NCBI GenBank assembly: GCA_020137815.1
Contig: CM035350.1
Span: 3,162,001-3,226,000 of the forward strand
Reading direction: 5' to 3'
From: Hormiphora californensis
Taxonomy: Eukaryota > Animalia > Ctenophora
DNA length: 64,000 nt
The position numbers were made by a program, and so were the translations under genes. Shown in pieces: positions 59,420 to 64,000 of the stretch (its first letter is position 1; each line of letters begins with the position of its first letter). The notes under the pieces are model-generated. The model was not told the origin of the DNA and searched no databases. It saw nothing but the letters and a program-made list of their open reading frames with translations.

Positions 59420-62400
59420 TCACTGGGGCGGTTTTAGCGAGCATTTGATTTGTTTTTCAAGTCCAGAATATGCTCCCGATCCCAGTCCTGATTCCAACAT
59501 TTTCACAACACAATTCTTCGTCTGTGAGATAGCAAGTTCAAGAGGTGGCTGTCGGGGTAGTCCATGTGATTCTGAAAAAGATTAGGTTAGAATTGGTGTA
59601 TCCAGACGGGATGAAAACGATAAATATTTCTGATGGCATCTTGGCTCGTCCAGACGAAATCATATACTGAATCTGGGATATCACATATGAAACATCGTGC
59701 GCATTTGCATGGTCCGAGTAGCGCTGACAAGCGATTTTAACACACAGGAGTTGGGATTATGGATAAATATCCAAATCCCAGGCGAAAATGAAGAGAATAT
59801 GACACATATTGCAATACGTGGTAAACAAAGCACAGTCGATAGGGGGGTTTGTATTTGGCTGCCAACTGTTTCCATGTCGTGCAGCTGCAGCAGGTGGAGA
59901 CCTGCATTCTAGGCAGCGACAATTCCAGGTAGTGCGCGTCGCAACGTCACGTGCAAATGGTGTGCTTTTCACTTGTGCGCGGTGCACAAACGAGTGAAAG
60001 GTGTAAAAACAACATCATAATATATCAGCTGACCTAGCATGGCACTGTTGAGATCTGCACTGAGTTGTTCCCTCTGTGATGGCTCCATTAGATAACCCAT
60101 CTGGGACATTCGGGGGTCTTTGTATGCCAACAAACTGAACGCGTCTTTTAACTGTAACAGAAAAGGGAGGTTAACCAGGAAGGGAGAGTGTGGACTACAC
60201 AGAGTAGCAAACAGGGTAGTGTTTTATAGGAAACAGGGGAAGTAGTACACGTCACACACACACATTAGTAGTGTAGTCTGGATATAGAAAGTAGAGGTTT
60301 ATCTGGAGAGAGAAGGATAGAGTAATTAGGAAATGGAAGTTCTATTTCCTAACTACTTTCTCTTCAGATAACGCTCTGCATCATGGAAGAAGTTAAGGAA
60401 GAAACGTACCTGCTTTTTCAGTTCATCATTTTGGATATTTCTTGAGTTTAGCTCCCTCCCAAACTGTAGAAGTTGCTCCAATATCCGTCTGTTTGGTGTG
60501 TGTGGCTGGTCTGATCCTTCTTGTGTTTCATCTGAGAGGTAGATAGTTGAGGAATGTATCAGTAACAACATTGTAATTGTGAGACTATTCAGTTGTAATT
60601 TGCCCAAAAAGCACTAGTGAACTCTCATATTTGGTCGCACTGTCAAAAACCCATGAATATGCGAATCTAATTTCTAATGCTTTGAGAAAGAATAATGCCA
60701 AATGATCATACAAATGTGTCCGGAAACTCTTTGTCTAACGCCTGAGTATGGGGGACTCTATGTCTACCAAGTCTAACACAGGGGGACTCTTTGTCTAAAA
60801 ATTGTTCTAAGTCTAAACAAGAATTATTGCATTATGTATTCATAATGCGGTGTTTCCCTGCCCCAGATGGGTGTAAAATTGATGACTAAGCTTCAAATTC
60901 AGATTTTCCGATGAATTTTGCACTCTAAGAGCAATTTTTGGCTAATACGATGTTAGTTGCTATGGTAACCAGGGTGGTTGCTATGGTAACCAAGGCAGTT
61001 GCTATGATAACTAAGACAGTTGCTTAGGAGACCCTAGTTGGTGACCAAGCGCTTCACCTTTACCCTCAGGCCTCAGTAATCTTAACACCAGTCACTTGCA
61101 ATTATTGTGTGATAGTAGTTTCATGCTTGGAAGACTTGCTACCACGTCATGGTACGGCTGTAGGGTACCCAAAGTGATTTCAGGTGAAAATAGGAAGTGA
61201 TACGAGTGAGTAATTGCGCGCCACAATGTGTGTTAATCATTTCCTTTGTTGCATCAACAAAGTGTGAGTTGAAAGATTTATGAAGGAGCAGACTTTGTTG
61301 CTATGTGTAACGGTGGACAGACGGACGGACATTTTAGTTAACTACACAATCTGCTGATTTCTAAACCCTGAATGATCTTTTTAGCACGTGCGTGCTAAAA
61401 ACATCATCCCGGGTGATTGCCTTCGGCAATCACCCGGGCAGGGAAAAAATCCGGACTCTATGTCTAAAGTCTAAAGTTAGACTTATATAGAGTCCGTTTT
61501 AGACTTGGAGTCCGCCTTTTTTAGACCTGGAGTCCGTTAGACTTAGAGTCCGCGACCCATTGAGTTTATCAGACTCAAAACCCTACCACCTTCCAGTCTC
61601 ACCTACAGCTAGTCTCACCTAATTACCAGCACCAGTCTCACCTAATTACCAGCCCCAGTCTCACCTAATTACCAGCCCCAGTCTCACCTGATTTCTGATC
61701 AACATCCATTGTATCTTCCTCCTTCTCCTTCTCTTGTTCCTTTCCATTAATTAACCTTGCAATACTATATGGGTGATTGTGGTTTCCTCCCGCCCCAATG
61801 TTTCCAATCATCTCTATAAAGCTCCTGATTTGAAGTTTGAACAACAGCTCAGGTTTAGAAGTTAGGAGATCCGGGTAGAGCTGCTGAACAAGTATCACCG
61901 CCTCACTTATCTGCCCGTTCATGATCAATTTCTGGACTTTTTGTCTGTTTTGGATGGATGGGATGTCTTCAAAGAAATAGAGGTTGGTAGTTTTAGCAAA
62001 ACTCTCTGCCGCACCACAGTAACCATGGTGAATTAGGTAGCTGAAGACAAGCTTTTTGAGGGTAAGGTCTAGTTCCGATTCTTGGTGTCGGAAGGGAATG
62101 TGTGTTTCAATTTGGTCTTTTAGTTTGGTTCTCCACTCCAACATATACCCTTCTATATCAAACATGAACGGCCTATCACCTGAGATGTGGACGAGTATTA
62201 ATAAAGAGATGGGATGGGAATATACAGCAAAATAGACAGTGAAATAGGAAACCGAGATAATGTGAGAGATAGACACACATTTCAATTTTATGCGTGCTTA
62301 TTTAGAGTTCCAAAATGTAGGATCTACCCACCAAAGTTTGCATCAGCGATCTCGCCCGGTGACTGCAGTCCCACCGTTGGGTATAGGTTCTGGGGGACCT

Positions 62401-63124
62401 TCTGGAAGGCAGTACCCAGGTTCATACCATTCTTTGTGTAGAAAACAGAGTTATCAATCATATTCACACAGCAACCTGATAAGGGTTTACAACTCAATTT
62501 CAGTAAACTAACAATAATTAGGGAGGGTAGATAATTACAGAGTTAGAAACTTACCGATCACATCTCCGGTTGTGAAAGTAGGGCCATATTTCTTGCCGCT
62601 GCCGCTGGAACAAAACGAGTTACCATCGTCTCCATGGTAACCATAACTGTTGTTCTCCCACCCGGGTAGTCGGTTCATATTCACCTTGGCATCGGCCAGC
62701 CCTATACCCATATACCTGGGGGGGGGAATAGTTCAGGGGAATAGTTCATGGGGGTTGTGACACAAATAAATGTTGAAAATTAATCGAGCACACCCACCCG
62801 TTCTTTCCCTTGCTGATGATTTTAACTTCAAAATAGTAGATACCACAGGCAGCTGGTATGGGATGGGTTGCTCTGACGCTGGCCGCATCTCGGTGGTTCT
62901 TTCCCTGACCGTTATAGTGAACCCTGATGAGGGATATTTAGTATTATTATGGGAGGGTTATATGGTACCTTGGGAACAAGATATAAGGTGAAATGAGTGA
63001 TATACCTGAGGTTACTTCGGGATAGTTTGATGAACTGCCACCGATCCTTACTACTCCATGCCCTGGGAAGTACGGACTCCTGGACATGGGGGTAGAGCCG
63101 GGATATCCTGTCTTCAGATGTCAT
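59420..63124 (-). CDS. RANBP9: Ran-binding protein 9/10 (SPRY-LisH-CTLH-CRA; CTLH E3 scaffold)
   Basis: Exons 63124-63006, 62923-62798, 62715-62555, 62475-62332, 62179-61688, 60531-60410, 60151-60034, 59571-59420; [66 protein letters not shown]. Confidence 0.95.
61593..61689 (-). repeat. 23-bp tandem repeat of the exon-5 donor region
   Basis: Minus strand GTGAGACTGG(G/T)GCTGGTAATTAG x3 plus two partial units. Confidence 0.85.
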
Positions 63125-63517
63125 CCTGCAGCTATTGAGATGAGGGACGAGGGTGTCACTTGTGTTGCTTAAACCCAAGGGGGGGGGGGGACAGGGTCGG
63201 GCAAGGCAAGGTGTCACATTGTCACAATAGAAGGGACATCCAATATAATGGGGATATTGAGTCGGAAATAAACATACAGAGTTTGAAAAAGATGAATGGC
63301 AAATAAAAGGATGAAGAAGAATCACAAAACGAACACTCTTAAATATTTTATTGGGGGGAGAGTGCTCCCGTAAATAATCTTTGATACTGAGAGTTCTCTC
63401 TTAAATCAACTAAATAAACAACATTTTTAACATTTTATGAAAATAAAACAATTTAAAGAACAGACGAACAAGCAGAATCGGAGTAAAGGTATGACTGACA
63501 CACTGGAGATTACATAA

Positions 63518-63971
63518 CTAGGCGAGGTTTAGCATTTTGAAGACCCGATGCCCTATATGAGCGTGGGGGTCCCACCTCACTAAACACTCTAATGCAGGGA
63601 CAGGGATTGAAGTCAGTCCGTAGAGGGCCCCCGATATTTGGGCTGTAACGGACCCTACTGTATCAGCATCACCACACCTGGGAGGGAGAGAGGGTGTGAT
63701 ATACAAGTTAACTTTCTAATGTACACTGATTGTATCTGGGGGGGGGGGGGGCTTTATTTTCAACACATCTTCCTTTCTTTGATTGACTATCAAACCAACT
63801 CCCAATTATATACTAACCAGGAACCGACCGAATCAGGAAATACTGGTCCCTGATTGGCTGATAACCAGTCACGTGACCTAAATAACGAGTTCTGATTGGC
63901 GGTTTCCTTGTTCCGGTCGGTTCCTGATACTAACATGTTGATAACTTTAAGGACGGCCTCTTCGTAACACC
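63518..63971 (-). CDS. ADP-ribosylglycohydrolase (ARH/DraG family), last two exons
   Basis: GCYEEAVLKVINM|CGDADTVGSVTAQISGALYGLTSIP...*; GDxDT and GAxYG motifs; exons ~63971-63935 and 63677-63518. Confidence 0.85.
63818..63926. mobile_element. hAT-like MITE, same family as 16468-16576, opposite orientation
   Basis: TIR CAGGAACCGACCG; TSD ATACTAAC at 63810-63817 and 63927-63934. Confidence 0.9.
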
Positions 63972-64000
63972 CTGTATGGTAGACACAGTGAAGGGACATT

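Noticed and set aside
59681-59997. Overlapping short ORFs in the last RanBP9 intron
   Set aside because: No motifs or splice support

Overview
Intron-rich, (CT/GA)n-rich animal genomic DNA, not prokaryotic. The CAGGAACCGACCGA-ended MITE resembles a repeat I recall from the ctenophore Pleurobrachia; that assignment is unverified. Genes reconstructed from splice sites and phases: (1) a ~17.7-kb + strand abLIM/UNC-115-type gene (4 LIM domains, C-terminal villin headpiece) with a 4.35-kb P/E/T/K-rich repetitive phase 0-0 exon; (2) SIL1; (3) an intronless class A GPCR; (4) an LHFPL-family tetraspan (-); (5) RanBP9/10 (-); (6) the 3' end of an ADP-ribosylglycohydrolase (-); (7) a candidate orphan gene (-) at ~3-4.7 kb. 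Mobile DNA includes many MITE/foldback elements, a CRE-like non-LTR fragment with a 14-bp TSD inserted in a CR1/L2-like LINE remnant, an RNase H LINE 3' end, a degenerate Harbinger-type Myb/SANT ORF and a ~2.2-2.6 kb tandem duplication. The most unusual signals are in the abLIM locus. Intron 4 holds a candidate myristoylated polybasic alternative first exon and two paralogous CxxC-x4-DYE(V/I)P micro-ORFs that show clear synonymous-site divergence, and the giant PEVK-like exon lies downstream. A separate finding is a family of ~80-bp elements with 8-bp TSDs whose 23-bp solo units keep those TSDs.
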